NCBI GenBank assembly: GCA_951406725.2
Contig: OX597826.1
Location: 48,298,001 to 48,362,000 of the forward strand
DNA from: Octopus vulgaris
Taxonomy: Eukaryota
Reading direction: 5' to 3'
DNA: 64,000 bases
Shown here: positions 13,301 through 27,446 of the stretch, in pieces
Numbering within the stretch: position 1 is the first letter of the stretch
How the letters are laid out: the number at the start of each line of letters is the position of its first letter
Made by a program: the position numbers and the translations under genes
Notes under the pieces: generated by a model
Database searches by the model: none
Told to the model about the DNA's origin: nothing
What the model saw: only the letters and a program-made list of their open reading frames with translations

Positions 13301-13764
13301 TGCACTTACATACACATTTGTATCTCCTTAATTGTCTATCTAATAATGCTATGATGATGATGATGATGATGGACAGTGGCATTAGAAGCTCTTTGCTGGA
13401 ATAATTCCTTACAGCTGGTCATTACAGAGTGCTTATTATTATCACAAGAGGCTGTTTTCATTTATTTATATATTTGTCATTAGCTTAACGTTACTGTAAA
13501 CTTTAACGTTAACCAATGGTAACCCTACTCTGGGTTTGTGTTTGTGTGTGTGTGTGTGCGCGTTTGTGTGTATGTGTATGCTTGTGTGTATGTGTATGTT
13601 TGTGTGTGTGTGTGTGTGTGTCTGTATGCAAATGCATATAGTTGTCTATGATTGAATGTGTGTGTGTATTTACGTTTGCAATTATGAGTGAATGTATGTG
13701 TTTATGTGTGTGGGCATGTGTGTATCTATGTGTGTGTGTGCGTGTGATTATGGGTATTCTTTTT

Positions 13765-13977
13765 TTTTATTCTTTTACTTGCTTCAGTCATTTGACTGTG
13801 ACCATGCTGGAGCACCCCCCCCCAGGACTTATTCTTTGTAAGCCTTGTACTTATTCTACTGATCTCTTTTGACAAACCACTAAGTTACACAGACATAAAC
13901 ACACCAGCATTGGTTGTCGAGTGATGTTGGTGGGGACAAATACAGACACGCAAATACATACATACATATATACATAA

Positions 13978-14044
<67 letters not shown>

Positions 14045-14269
14045 ATATATATATGTATGTATGTATATGTGTATATGTATATATGTATATATATATACAT
14101 ATATACATATATACGACGGGTTTCTTTCAGTTTTCCTCTACCAAATCGACTCAGAAAGCTTTGGTCAGTTTGAGGCTATAGTAGAAGACACTTATCCAAG
14201 GTGCCATGCAGTGGGACTGAACCCTTAACCATGTGGTCGGGAAGCAAGCTTCTTAACACATAGCCACTC
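13765..14269 (-). mobile_element. SINE family A
   Basis: Full-length, reversed. Confidence 0.85.
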
Positions 14270-14676
14270 GTTTATAAAAGCAGCAAAATCAAAATAAAAC
14301 AACAATAATTACGCATCTGTTGTAGTAGTAGTAGTAGTATAAAATAAGGCAAAAATCTCCTCCATCATTTATCAAAAAAATTCAAAGCATAAGAAATTAA
14401 AAACAAAATACTTTAACACCAAATAACAAAAACAACAACACAAACAATAGTAATTGTAACTACAACATAAAAGCCTCAAAGTGGTTGCACGGTTTGCTAG
14501 AAATAGCAATCAACTCTCTTTCGAATTACACTGGATTATCTTGAAAAATGAACAAGGAACCACATGGATAATGTGGTCCAAGATACACAACATCAGTAAG
14601 AAACAATTTGGATGGTCATGGTTGGAATACTTTTGATTGTAGGTCTGCTCACTGAGGGCCAACCTAGGCAGAATTC

Positions 14677-15652
14677 TGGTTTAAGCACCTCATAAAGCCC
14701 CTTGTAACTTTTTTATTTTTGGAATTTTTAGAAACTTTTTGAAGATTTGGGTTCTACACATGGGAATACAATTAGGTAAAAGAAATTTTGTTTTTGTTTT
14801 TTAAACCCCTCTCCCTCCCCCACGCATAGATCCTAAAATTCCATCCTTTTATGACATTTTTTTCTAAATCTGGGTTTAAAATATGGTCAGTCTGAATTTT
14901 TTGCTTAAATCCCAGCAATGGATCACCCATGTGTGCATCATCATTTTATTAAATATGTTTATGGGGAGAAAAATATTCCTTTCGCCTATAGGCACAAGGC
15001 CAAAAATTTTAGTGGGAGAGAACTAGTCGGATTACAGCAAACCCAGTGTTTCATCGACCCCGAAAGGGCAAAAGGCAAAAATGACCTTGGCAGATTTTGA
15101 ACCCAGAACATGAAGACAGACAAAATACTGGTAAGCACTTCACCTGGTGTGCTAATGAGTCTGCCAGCTCACTGCCCTTATGGGGAGAAAAATATTGGAA
15201 AAACATCAATACATGTCAGAGCAACAAAGAAACAAGGGAGGTATCAGGTGGTCATGAGGTATGCTAAAAATAACAGCTAGACTGCCAAATCGCCTTTAAA
15301 TTACACTCAAAATATATTATGCATAATCGTATGAATTCCTATATGTAGAAAACAAATTTACAAAAGTTTCCTGAAAATTCCAAAAAATGAAAAAAGTTCT
15401 AAGGGATTATATGGGATGCTTAACCCTTTCGTTACCAACCCGGCTGAAACCGGCTCTGGCTCTGTGTACAAATGTATTGTTTTCATAAGTATTGATTTAA
15501 AATCTTACACCAAACCTTAGTTGCAATTTATGTTCCTAACACTAGCTTAATGATAACTAAGTACTTTTACAAAATTCTTTGTTATATTTTAAATAATTGA
15601 AAGAAACACAGAGCATCTCAACAGAAATATGGTAACAAAAGGGTTAAACCTG
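14677..15652. mobile_element. Long-TIR non-autonomous DNA element hosting a SINE and the piggyBac MITE
   Basis: ~100-bp imperfect inverted repeats at 14677-14775 and 15325-15423 (+15644-15652). Confidence 0.65.
15424..15643. mobile_element. piggyBac-type MITE
   Basis: TTAA|CCCTTTCGTTACCA ... TGGTAACAAAAGGG|TTAA. Confidence 0.85.
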
Positions 15653-16625
15653 AAATCTACCCCACCCTGAGTTTTCAGAGCAATACCACTATCAATAAGG
15701 TATAGGAACCAGTCTCTTCTTCATCATTTTTGATGTATTGGTCTTGGAGCAGATTGCTAAGTGCAAGCCCTTCAACCAGTGGTCAATGGGTCTGACTACT
15801 ATAGTAATGGTCATTTAGTCTACCATAAACAGACCAAGTCACTTGACCAGAAACTAAGGAGGAGATTTTACTGTTGATGATGAGGTAGAGGAGGAGAGAG
15901 AAGAGGATTGTTTGTGTGGAAATCAGGTAATTACTAGTTCTCCTGGTCAAGCATTTCCTGCTTGTGGCTGGTCAATAATGGCTCCTTTGTGTGTGAGTGT
16001 GTGTGTGTGTACATGTGAGCATGCGTTGGTGTGTATGTGTGTGTGTGTGCATTTTTATGCATCTGTTTGTGTGTGTACATGTGTGTGTGGGAGGAGTGTC
16101 TGTACGTGTGTGTGAGCATGTGTGTGTATGTGTGTGTGAGAAAGTGTTGGTGTATGTGTGCATGTATGTGCATCTGTGTGTGTGTGTTCATGTGTGTGTA
16201 TGTGTGTGTAAGCATTTGTGAGCATGTGTGTGTGAGTATATATGTGTTTATTCATGCGCATGAAGTTGGGTATGAATGAGGATGTGTAAATGCGTGCATT
16301 TATGTGTGTGTGCATGTTTGTGTGTCTCTGTGCATGTGTTTGAGTGTGTATGTGTGTTTAGCAGTGTATAAGTATGTATGTATTTGAGTTTGTTTTGAAG
16401 GAGTGTAGCCATATGTGTTTAAGTGTGTCTTTGTGTGTATGTGCATTTGTATGATTGTGTGTACACATGTTTGTATGTTCAGTTGTAAGTGAAAATGCGT
16501 ATGTGTGTGTGAGTATACATGTCACTATGTAATCATATTTTTGTGTTTATATGTTAGTATCGTGAGTATATGTATATGTATATAGGTAGATAGATAGATA
16601 GATTGAGAGAGAGAGAGAGAGAGAG

Positions 16626-16680
<55 letters not shown>

Positions 16681-17024
16681 GGTAGACAGACAGACAGACA
16701 TACAGACAGACAGATGGACGGATGGACGAATGGATGGATGTATGGATGAATGGATGGATGGATGGATGGATGGATGGATGGATGGACAGACAGATGGACA
16801 GACAGATGGACAGAAGGACAACAGACAGACAAACAGATGGATAAATCTATGGATGGATGGACAGACAGACAGATAGAGAGAAAGAGAAAGAGAGAGAGGG
16901 GGAGAGAGATATCTACATGAGTGCATGTGTATGTGTATAAGTGCCAGAGTATGTCTGTTTATGATCGTGCATGTGGGGGTGTGATTGTGTCAATATGTGA
17001 ATCTGTGTCCATGTAAATATATAC

Positions 17025-17068
<44 letters not shown>

Positions 17069-17294
17069 ATGTGTGTGCATGTGCATGTGTGTGTGTGTGT
17101 GTTGCAATGATTTAGACTGATTAAGACTATCCCTAGTGTTGTCTCCCTCTACCCCTTTCTCACCAGTGCTGCTGCCACCACACCATTCTTGGTCAGTTTT
17201 TGGTGCCAGGTCAATTGAACCAAGTATTTCCACCGCATCTTAACATTCAAAAATAGGTAGCTAATAAATGTTTTGATAGATGTTTCTGTTTGTA

Positions 17295-17480
17295 TCATCA
17301 TTTAACGTTTGTCATTCATGCTGGCATGGGTTAGATGGTTTGACGGGAACTGGCAAGCAGGAGAGTTGCACCAGAGCCCATTGTTTGCTTTGGTATAGTT
17401 TCCGCAGATGGATGCCCTTCTTAATGCCAACCATTTTCCAGAGAGTTCTAGGTGCATTTTTCGTGGCACCAGCACCAGCA
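17295..17480 (-). mobile_element. RTE 3'-end fragment
   Basis: ATCATCATTTAACG...GCATGGGTTAGATGG...GGATGCCCTTCTTAATGCCAACC is the reverse complement of the RTE tail. Confidence 0.75.
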
Positions 17481-17726
17481 GGGTCCCTTGAACTGGGAGA
17501 AATAGTATTGAGAGAAGAGGGTTTGAGCCATTTGATGAGTAGTTAAAAATATAATAGAGAGGGGTAGAGATTATGATATATATGTGTGTGTATTGTACAT
17601 GAAATTTTTTTAACTAATCCTTCAAGTTTAATGGTAAATTTCTTTTTTTTAATACAACTTAATATGAAACATATGTCGTATATGGAAAAGTTTAGAAGAA
17701 TGTACAGAATAGCTATAATAATAATA

Positions 17727-17758
<32 letters not shown>

Positions 17759-18149
17759 AGATTTTTAAGAAGTAATGAAAGCCTCTTCTTTAGTTTATTT
17801 ATATACACACATATAAAGGATCTTTAGCTTTTCCCAAGGAAATAAAATGAAACTCTATGAAACACTGCTTGATTCTCTGTGTCATTATTACGTTATGTCT
17901 AACACTTGAGATTTAATCTCTGTGTTTCTGCAGAAGTAAACATAATTTCCTTCTATGGAGAAAAGCAGGGTGGACATGAATGTCATGAAATTTCCCTTTG
18001 AAAGTTATGAACTGAATAGAGTGCAGGAGTCATGTGACATTTTTGAGCCAGCTTTGACTGGAAAATTGTGACATGTATTTGAGCTATCGTTGTGTATTGT
18101 ATTCTATGAGATAAACATGTTAAGAGACCATGTAATCAGAAAGAAGTGG

Positions 18150-18670
18150 CATCCCTTGCAGAAATGAGGTCATTTGACTCAGGAAAAATTGATTTGAGTC
18201 CGAATTGAAGTTAAAAAATTTTATGGTAGACCTAGTGATACATCTTAGGAACATATAAGGTATAAAAGAACAAAGTAATCAAAACATGGAACCACTGAAT
18301 CCAGCTGATCCTAAACTAAGATCTTTAGTGTCAAGTCCACAAACCCAACCACAGTTTATAGATTTACTTGTTAACCTTAATGCTCAAAGACCACATACAC
18401 ATTGCATACAAGTCTCCAAGAATTTCCTGAAATACATTCACTCTGTGCTTCAAAATTTTGAAAGCTAAAAGATTTCTATATAAGTTTTGACAAGACAGTT
18501 GGTAGAAAATATACAGAGATGATAAATGAATGATTCAAACCAAAGCACATCATCAGAGCTCTAGTGTTAGTAATGAAAATAAACAACTTTAACTTTGAAA
18601 GAAAAATAGACAGGTTAAAGGAATAATTATGGGTACAAAAGTAGCACCTACTTATGCAAATTTCTATTTC
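18150..18670 (+). pseudogene. Decayed Penelope-like retroelement reverse transcriptase
   Basis: Collinear motifs FYGRP (FYGLPKIH-like, ~18220), DPKLRSLVSSP, NNFNF and RQVKGIIMGTKVAPTYAN (18608-18661; PLE motif Q..GTAMG...APTYAN), with frameshifts. Confidence 0.8.
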
Positions 18671-18739
18671 CTCATATTTGTATGGGCTGGACAGCATACT
18701 ACTAATTGTTAATTTTCTTTCTCATCTCCTTTGTGGGGT

Positions 18740-19215
18740 TCAACATCCTTAGATCCATCTTTCCTACATCTGTCTGTGCATTTCTTGGTCTTCCTCAGTC
18801 ATTGGTTCCTTCAAGATATAACATTTTTCATCCCATCATTATTCACATGCATTATATATCCATGTGAGTGTACAAAACCTCATATGCTCCACCAAATTCC
18901 TTTTGTATCCAGTTTTACTCTTAGTTCATCTGTGCTCATCGTTCATGAAGACTGGCATTACACATTCAATGGTTCAGCCATACTTCATTTCTTTCCAGCC
19001 AACATACATCCTAAGTTTTCAGGTTGCATGTTTGACTACGGAGTAACATTGGAATTCATACACAAGCATTGTAAATAACCTTTTACTCAGTGAGAGAACC
19101 CTACTGTTCTCCTGAAATTCTGCTACACCAAGCTATGTCAGGTTATTATATTTGCTTGCAGAGCACTCTTCTCTACTGCTAATCAAGCCAACTAGGTCAT
19201 GGAGACTATCAATAA
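18740..19215 (-). mobile_element. Old, decayed RTE ORF C-terminal fragment
   Basis: Reverse complement aligns by eye to 43320-43830 (GATAGT.TCC...ACCTAG, ATGC.TGTGTA, AGAAATGAAG, ATGTGTAATGCCAGT). Confidence 0.7.
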
Positions 19216-19558
19216 TTTGTTTAACCCATTTAGAGCCTTGAAAAGGAATTTATTACTGGTGATCTGATGGTAATTTAATGCTGTATATCTACCATTGGAT
19301 AAAGTTTGTGTTTATACTTTCAGATTGCTAGCATTCAACTAAATCCAGTTGTTAAACCATAGATCAGATTGGGTGCATCATATGGAATTTCAGTATACTC
19401 CTTTATATATATGAGTGTGTGTGTATGCATGTATTCAGTGTCTGCACATATACATGTTGAAAGGTAGGTATGTATATAAATGAATATACAACTAAATATA
19501 TGTGTGTGTGTGAGTGTATGTGTGTTTGCATATATGTATATGTGTGTATATATGTATG

Positions 19559-19616
<58 letters not shown>

Positions 19617-19886
19617 AGATAGAGAGAGAGAGAGGGAGAAAGAGACATTGCTAGATAGTTAACAAGTTTGCTTTGGAGCCACATAAGACTGCCTATGTGT
19701 CTGTGTAACTCTGCTTGTATGCATATATATGCATGTATGTATCTCTTTCATTGCTCACACACACACAGACACACACATATATACATATATATATACACTC
19801 ACACATATACATATATATTTATATATAAGCATATATATGTAACCCACATCTATATGCATACGTACACATGCAGATGTATATATGTA

Positions 19887-19954
<68 letters not shown>

Positions 19955-20161
19955 TAGACATATATGTTTACATACATACACATATGTGTATGTATGTAAA
20001 GGTATATATATACACACACATATACATATATGCATAAGTATATATGTATATACATAAGCGTATCTATCTATATATATAGAGATTTATGCCTTTATCCCTG
20101 TGTACATGTGTAATGTATATACATCATTTATATATATCATATATATATATGTATCTATCTA

Positions 20162-20203
<42 letters not shown>

Positions 20204-20252
20204 AAGATGTATACACATCATGCACACACATACATTATATATATGTACATAT

Positions 20253-20304
<52 letters not shown>

Positions 20305-20511
20305 GCACACATGTATCAGTGTATATGTGTGTGTGTGTGCCAGTGTATGTCTGTGTATGTATGCATACATACATACTCTAATATATTTATTGATACAAAG
20401 TGCAAGTGTTTATATTTTATGACAGAAAAAAATAAACAAAAACACAAACAAAAATAAAAACATATCCAAACAACCACGATATATACAAAAAACTATATAT
20501 ACATATATATA

Positions 20512-20546
<35 letters not shown>

Positions 20547-22023
20547 ATATATATATATATATATGTATATATCAATCATGATTTTTTTTCCTGCCTTTCA
20601 AAAAAATGACAGTGGTTACATAATAACTTCAACTTCAAAAAATATTTAGAATATTTCTATGATTTTTTAGAATTTATATCATCTTTAAGATGAAAGGATA
20701 TTTTATGTAAAACCCTTTTTTTTTTTAGATATCGTTGTTGTTGTTTTTGGTGTTGTTTGTATTTGCTTTGATTCAGTGTGGGTGTACATGCTACGTTATA
20801 TGTTCTTCTTTTCTCAGTTTTTTTTCTTCTAAATATTGATATATAGATAAAAATGAAATAACTAAATGAATAAATAAATAAATACAAAGTTGGATTTATT
20901 TTTCTTTTTTTTTTCTTTTTGTTTTTGGTTACCCATGATGCAATAATTTCACATAGGTATCCCCGTTTTATGTGTCGTTAAGAATATTTACACATTGAAG
21001 TTCAACATAGTTTGCCTTTTGCAGTCGACCTGTGTAGTTTCAGTGTTAGCTAAACATACTTTATATTAATTTTCATTATTATTATTATTGTTGTTCATGT
21101 TGTTGTTGTTTTTATCATCATAATCATCATCATCATGGTAAACACTATCATCATCATCATCACCACCACCACCACCATCATCATCACCATTATCATGGAC
21201 ATCATCAACGTCGTCGTTGACTTCGTTGGCGTCATCCATCACCATCTTCGTAATCTTCATCACTCTCATTATCCTCATTGTCATCATCATCATCATCACC
21301 AGCAGCAGCAGCAGCAGCATCGGTGCCATCTTCATCATTGCCATCGTCATCATCATTGTCATCATCATTGCCATCATCATCATCATCATCATCGTCGACG
21401 TCATCATCATCGTCATCGTCATCATCAGCAGCAGCAGCATCGTTGCCATCTTCATCATTGCTATTGTCATCATCGTCGTCATCATCATCGTCATCATCAT
21501 CATCAGCAGCAGCAGCAGCAGCGTTGCCATCTTCATCATTGCTATCATCATCATTGTCATCATCATCATCATCATTGTCGTCGTCGTCGTCATCATCATC
21601 ATCATCATAACCAGTATCATTATCATTATAACTACTTGTAGTATTCACAGCCGCAGCAGAAATATTACCAGCAGCAGCAGCAGCAGTAGTAGTGATCAGC
21701 TTTTTTCTTAAGGAAATCCTCAGGGGAGTATATTCTTTCATTTGGTTTTGTATCATTATATTTATTATCAATGTCTATAGAATTCATTGCTGTTTAACAT
21801 CATTTTGGCCCCTTTGTCTAATTTATTTGCAGTTTATTTGTTTAAACATGAATCCTTCAGTTGATCCCGAAGAAAAGGAGCAATACACATTGTGCTTTTG
21901 CATCCTTCTAAAAAAAAATGGTAACATTTGGGTAATATTAGATGAACATCGGCCATTACCACCATCATCATAATCACCGTCATCATCACCATTATTTCCA
22001 CTATTTTTGATATTTTTGAATAA

Positions 22024-22254
22024 GGCGGCAAGCTGGCAGAAACATTAGCATGCCAGGCGAAATGCGTAGCCGTATTTCGTCTGCTGTTACGCTCTGGGTT
22101 CAAATTCCGCCGAGGTCGACTTTGCCTTTCATCCTTTCGGGGTTGATAAATTAAAGTACCAGTTACACATTGGAGTCGATGTAATCGACTTAATCTGTTT
22201 GTCTGTCCTTGTTTGTCCCTTCTGTGTTTAGCCCCTTATGAGTAGTAAAGAAAT
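22024..22254 (+). mobile_element. SINE family C
   Basis: Close match to 39557-39787. Confidence 0.88.
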
Positions 22255-22387
22255 ATATTTTTGATATACACTGAGTGGCCATGGAGGCCCAATAGGAATC
22301 AAAGGGGATCCATAGGTAAAAAATGGTTGAGAACAACTGGTCTTGGAGGTTCTGAGAACTGTACCCATCACATATCCTTTTTATGCA

Positions 22388-23055
22388 TAGTGGCTGTGTG
22401 AAAAGAAGTTTGCTTCCCAACCAAATGGTTTTGGGTTCAGTCCCATTGCATGGCACCTTGGGCAAGTGTTTTTTTTTCCATGGCCTCAGGCCAACCAATG
22501 CCTTGTGAGTGGATTTAGTAGATGGAAACTGAAAGAAGCTCATCTATATATATAAAACTGTAGTTGTGTGAGTGTCTGTCCCCTTCGATTCAGATTCCTA
22601 ACTACTATCACATTTTGCGGTGCAGTTTAACCAAATTCGGGTATCTTATAGTCGTGATTCATATCGAGCCTGTCTGAGTATTAGTGCGCGGCTACGATGA
22701 GTCTACGATTTTAAAAATAATTTAACATCATATTTTATTCCATTTTAATGCATAATTTTTCGTGTGTCGATGGCGGCGGAGTTGGCGTCCATGGTCACAC
22801 CTGCACCTGTTTGCTTCTCCCCCTTCTTCCCTCCCTTGTGAAGCTGTGGGGAAGGGAGTGTAAGGAAATCAACGTTGTAAAGCGTTGTCAAGGAGACCAG
22901 CGTTCTTTTAGAACAACGACTTCATGGCTTGAAGACACCAAAACAGAAATGGCTAAGAAAGCCCGAATTGGCATCTATAAGGGAAGTAACTCTCTAAAAA
23001 TGCTTATATAGTTATTTCCCTTACAAACCCGAGCAACGCCGGGTGATACTGCTAG

Positions 23056-23093
<38 letters not shown>

Positions 23094-23170
23094 CTATGTG
23101 TGTATGTGTTTTCCCCACCCCCTCCACCACTACTTGACAACTGGTTTGGTTTGTTTATGTCCCCATAGAT
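22388..23170 (+). mobile_element. SINE family A interrupted by a Helitron
   Basis: Head 22388-22541, resumes at 23056. Confidence 0.8.
22543..23055 (+). mobile_element. Non-autonomous Helitron
   Basis: A|TC start, 3' hairpin ACCCG-AGCAACGC-CGGGT, CTAG|T end, no TSD; sits within a SINE. Confidence 0.82.
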
Positions 23171-23171
23171 A

Positions 23172-23517
23172 AAGACCGAGATATCTGGCACACTGCTGTA
23201 CTCAAGAAGACCTGTCTGTCACAGTTGAATTGATACTAGTGTTGGTGTTACATAAAAAGCACAGGTGCTGGTGCCATGTAAAAAGCAATGGTACTGGTGC
23301 CATGTAAAAAGCACTGGTTCTGGTAACATATAAAAAGCACTGGTACTGGTGCCACATAAAAGGCACTGGTGCTGGTGCCATGTAAATAGCACTGGTGCTG
23401 GTACCACATAAAAAGCATTGGCATTGGTACCACATAAAAGGTACTGGTACTGGTGCCATGTAAAAAGCACTGGTACTGGTACCATATAAAAGGCACTGGT
23501 GCTGGTACCACATAAAA
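23172..23517 (+). mobile_element. RTE 3' fragment whose UTR carries a 26-bp minisatellite (5' half)
   Basis: AGACCGAGATATCTGG...AAGAAGACC resembles 43843-43882, followed by ~11 units of CCATGTAAAAAGCACTGGTACTGGTG. Confidence 0.75.
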
Positions 23518-23820
23518 TCATCATCATCATCATCATCATCGCCGTCGTCGTCGTCATCGTCATCATCATTATCATCACCATCATCATCAACACCATCATC
23601 TAATATCAATGTGTTGGCAAAACGATTAGCAGAAATTTTGTCAGCCTTTACATTCTTGAGTTCAAGTTCTGCCAAGGTAGATTTTTTACCTTTCATCCTT
23701 TCATGGTCAATAAAATGAGGACCAGTCCAGTGTTGGGGGTTGATGCAATTGACTTCCTAACCCCTCAAAATTGCTGACCTTGTAACAAAAATAAGAAAGG
23801 ATTATAATTATTATTATTAC

Positions 23821-23854
<34 letters not shown>

Positions 23855-23891
23855 GCTGCTGCTGCTGCTGCTGTTGTTGTTGTTGTTGTTG

Positions 23892-24014
<123 letters not shown>

Positions 24015-24374
24015 CAAACATACAAGAGTGTCTGATCTGCACTGTGCAGCGGCAGCAAAACTATTGCAGATTTGACGGTCAACCAGCTGAAACAGCACCA
24101 AGGTGTGGAATATTAAAAGTCGCATCTTGGAGGAGAAGGAAAGTAATGAAAGGAAAGTAACGATGATGAGAGAATAGGTTTGAGATGAAGCACCACTTGA
24201 ACTTAAGCTTAGGTGCTTCTTGTTATTCTTCTCTTTGGAAGCAAACATTCTAGAATTTCCAATTGTAAAAGAATTTCAGAGTGGCCTTAGAGAAGGAATT
24301 TAGTTGCTGGTGATGACATACAAAAAGTCTAAAGTATAAGATGTTGAGACAGTAACTGCTCTTTTGTGTAATCA

Positions 24375-24656
24375 TTATAATTTAATGTCTGTTATCTTTG
24401 CTGGCATTGGTTGGATGGTTTGATAGGAGCTGGTAAGGTTAAGGCCCACACCAGGCTCCATTGTCTGTTCTGGCATGGCTTCTATGGCTGCATGTCCTTC
24501 CTAATGACAACCACTCCACAAAGTGTACTGTGTGCTTTTTATGTGGCACCAGCACCAGTGCTTTTTATGTTGTACCAACACTAATGCTTTTTATGTGGTA
24601 CCAGTACCAGTGATTTTTATATGGCACCAGCACCAATGCCTTTTTATGTGGTGCCA
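24375..24656 (-). mobile_element. RTE 3' fragment (26-bp units + terminal region), inverted relative to 23172-23517
   Basis: Reverse complement gives 4-5 minisatellite units then GGAGTGGTTGTCATTAGGAAGG...CCATCCAACCAATGCCAGC. Confidence 0.75.
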
Positions 24657-25092
24657 TGATTGATGATGGTGATGATGATGATGACAAAGACGACAACGAT
24701 GACAATGATGACAATAACAATAACAACAACTACAGCAACAACACCAGCAGCAGCAGCAACAACAAAATAGCAATAATAATACTTTTTATATTGGCCACAA
24801 GGACAGTTCAAAGACAAACAATAGTGGAGATTTACATAGCCATGTGTAAACAACAAAACAGTAATAGTTAAGAAGACAAGTGCCTAAAGTTAATACACTT
24901 TCAGAAAGAGGCAGGCAAGCTGTTTCTGGAGGGCAGGGAAGTGGTGGTGAATGTCTACAGCTGCTTGACCATTGCACCTTGTTCCACTTCATAGTTGACT
25001 TGAGTGCAATGCTTACTTTTTTGCTTTCTGTGCAGGGGACAGGTTCTATTTGCTGGTCAGTCAGCCCATTTGCTCTTGAGACCAGCTGTGTG

Positions 25093-25386
25093 TGGAGGCA
25101 GATGGCCTAGTGGTTAGAGTAGTGGACTCGCAGTCGATGGATTGCGGTTTCGAATCTCAGACCGGGCGATGTGTGTATTTACGAGCGAACGCCTAAGCTC
25201 CATGCAGCTCCAGCAGAAGGTAATGGCGAACTTCTGCTGACTTTTTCGCCACAACTTTCTCTCACTCTTTCCTCCTGCATCCTACAGCTCACCTGCAACG
25301 ATCGGGTGTCGCATCCAGGTGGGGAACCTATACACCAAGGAAGCCGGCCCTTATAAGTGAGGCATGGCTCGAGAAGGAACAAACTA
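25093..25386 (+). mobile_element. tRNA-derived SINE family B, third tail type
   Basis: Same head; 12-bp TSD ACCA(G/A)CTGTGTG. Confidence 0.85.
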
Positions 25387-25399
25387 ACCAACTGTGTGG

Positions 25400-26100
25400 A
25401 AGCCTGGGTATGCCATGGTCAATGATGTACAGACTTCACTGGAGATGTGTTATCGCCAGTGATTCCTTGGTGGTGGGCAGGTGTGGTCAACATTTGTCAC
25501 ATTCACTTTTTCAAAGCTTGTTTCTTTGACTGAACTCCTGTTCTGGCTTGAACATAGACCAAGGCAGAGCATTTAAAGTATTGTCTGATGCAATGTATTG
25601 TATATGGGGTAAGTGGTAGGCAAGTGTGATGATTTCCTTGGGGAGACTATAAGCATCAACAAGAATCAACTAACATTTTTTTTTTTTTCTGAAGGACTTT
25701 TGGTTTATGGTGTATGGATAACTTCCAGGAATCCTTTATCTAACAGCACTACAAGGGGGAATTTCTAGGTCGGGATAAACACTACATGCATGATAGTGCC
25801 TATCATCCAGGCCTGTCCAAATGCATGTAGGATGATGAAGCAGTCTTGCACGCACTCATGTAATACCCAAGTATTGTTGACTTGTGGGTTTTTGTCAAAA
25901 AGCTACTATCACACGTCGGACAGATCCAGCTATTCATCAACCCCATCGTAAAAACTGCTTTACTTCCTTCCCTTAGCAAGAAAAGGTAAGAATTTTTTTC
26001 TTTGTATCTATAGTGAACGATGGGACTGAAGGATTGAAGACAGACATTTTCCTCTTTGACCAAGCCCTCAATGACTTTATCAAGTTTCACTTAAAAGGGA
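25400..26100 (-). pseudogene. Possible decayed Penelope-like RT thumb region
   Basis: FTM, then KPTSQQYL...HHP (25891-25829) and FL.SYP downstream resemble PLE KPTD..QYL...S.HP and RGYP motifs. Confidence 0.45.
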
Positions 26101-26587
26101 AAAAGGTGAAGAAGTAGGTACTACCCACCCACCAACCAGTAAATTTATTAAAATGAAGATGGGTAAATGCAGTGAGAATGAGCCTGCTCTGAGCTTGCTC
26201 CAGTGGACTGGAGATTTCTGACTGGAAAGAGGCACCTGCTTGTGGTAACTTTAGCAGTTGGGGGTAACCCAAGAAAGATGAAGTTTCTTGGTTACTCCTG
26301 TGTGACTGGTGTAGGGCCTTCTCTTTTGTGGAATTGTATATATATATATATATAAACTCGGAACAATTCTTTCATTTCTTCTGACTAACCTTGTTATTAT
26401 TACTTATATACTATTATGTACATTGCTAAAAATGTCCTATACATACATACATATATACATACACATATACATATATATGTACGTAATATATTATATTATA
26501 TCATTTATATATATGAATATATTTTTTATATATATATACATATGTGTGTATGTATGTGTATGTCTGTGTGTGTGTATGTATGTATAT

Positions 26588-26620
<33 letters not shown>

Positions 26621-26651
26621 GTTGTGTCTGGGGAGAGTCATTGTTTTAATG

Positions 26652-26706
<55 letters not shown>

Positions 26707-27446
26707 TACTTGTGTGTATGTGTTTGTGTATTCGTAAACAGTTAATCCCAATACATTTTTTTGCTCTTCATGTGAACATGTGTATCTTTTGCCAGTATAT
26801 ATTGGTGATGGATATAAACAGCAATGTAAAAACTGTAAACCTAGTATTTCTTGAAAAAGTCTGGTAAAATAGTGATGCTCCGGTATGGTTGCAGTCAAAT
26901 GATCGAAACAAGTAAAAGACTAACAGAATAGAATAATTTTATTTGCTTCACTAAACCCTTCATAGTGGTGCCCCAGCATGGCCACATTCTAATGAAACAA
27001 TTAAAAGCTAAATGATAAAGATTATATTCATGACACACACCACCTCAATGGTTTTGGTGTTCATAACAACATGGTAACTCAATTAATTTAAAGTAACAGC
27101 CATGCTTTGTTCATTTTACAAAACCATGAAAGATTCTTGGGTAAAAAAGGTATTGATGTCGTTGTTGTTTAGCCCCAGGTCTGGCAGGTTATGAAACAGA
27201 TGATCAAAGATATTCCACTTATGACCATCTTCTTATTTTTTCCTGCAAACATAGTGAATAATAAACTACATTGCTTAATGTGTCCTTAACACATTTTAAG
27301 ATGACATAGGAAGGAATTTTGGCTGTTATTTCTAACAAGTTTCAGTGACTGCATTAAGGCTCCCTTATTGATTTCAAACAGATATGCCTGAATACATTAA
27401 TATATGAACAAAGGTTAAAGTTCGAAGATTTACAATTGAACTTCTC

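Noticed and set aside
23236-23517. CRISPR-like array
   Set aside because: Head-to-tail 26-bp units with no unique spacers, eukaryotic context, no cas genes
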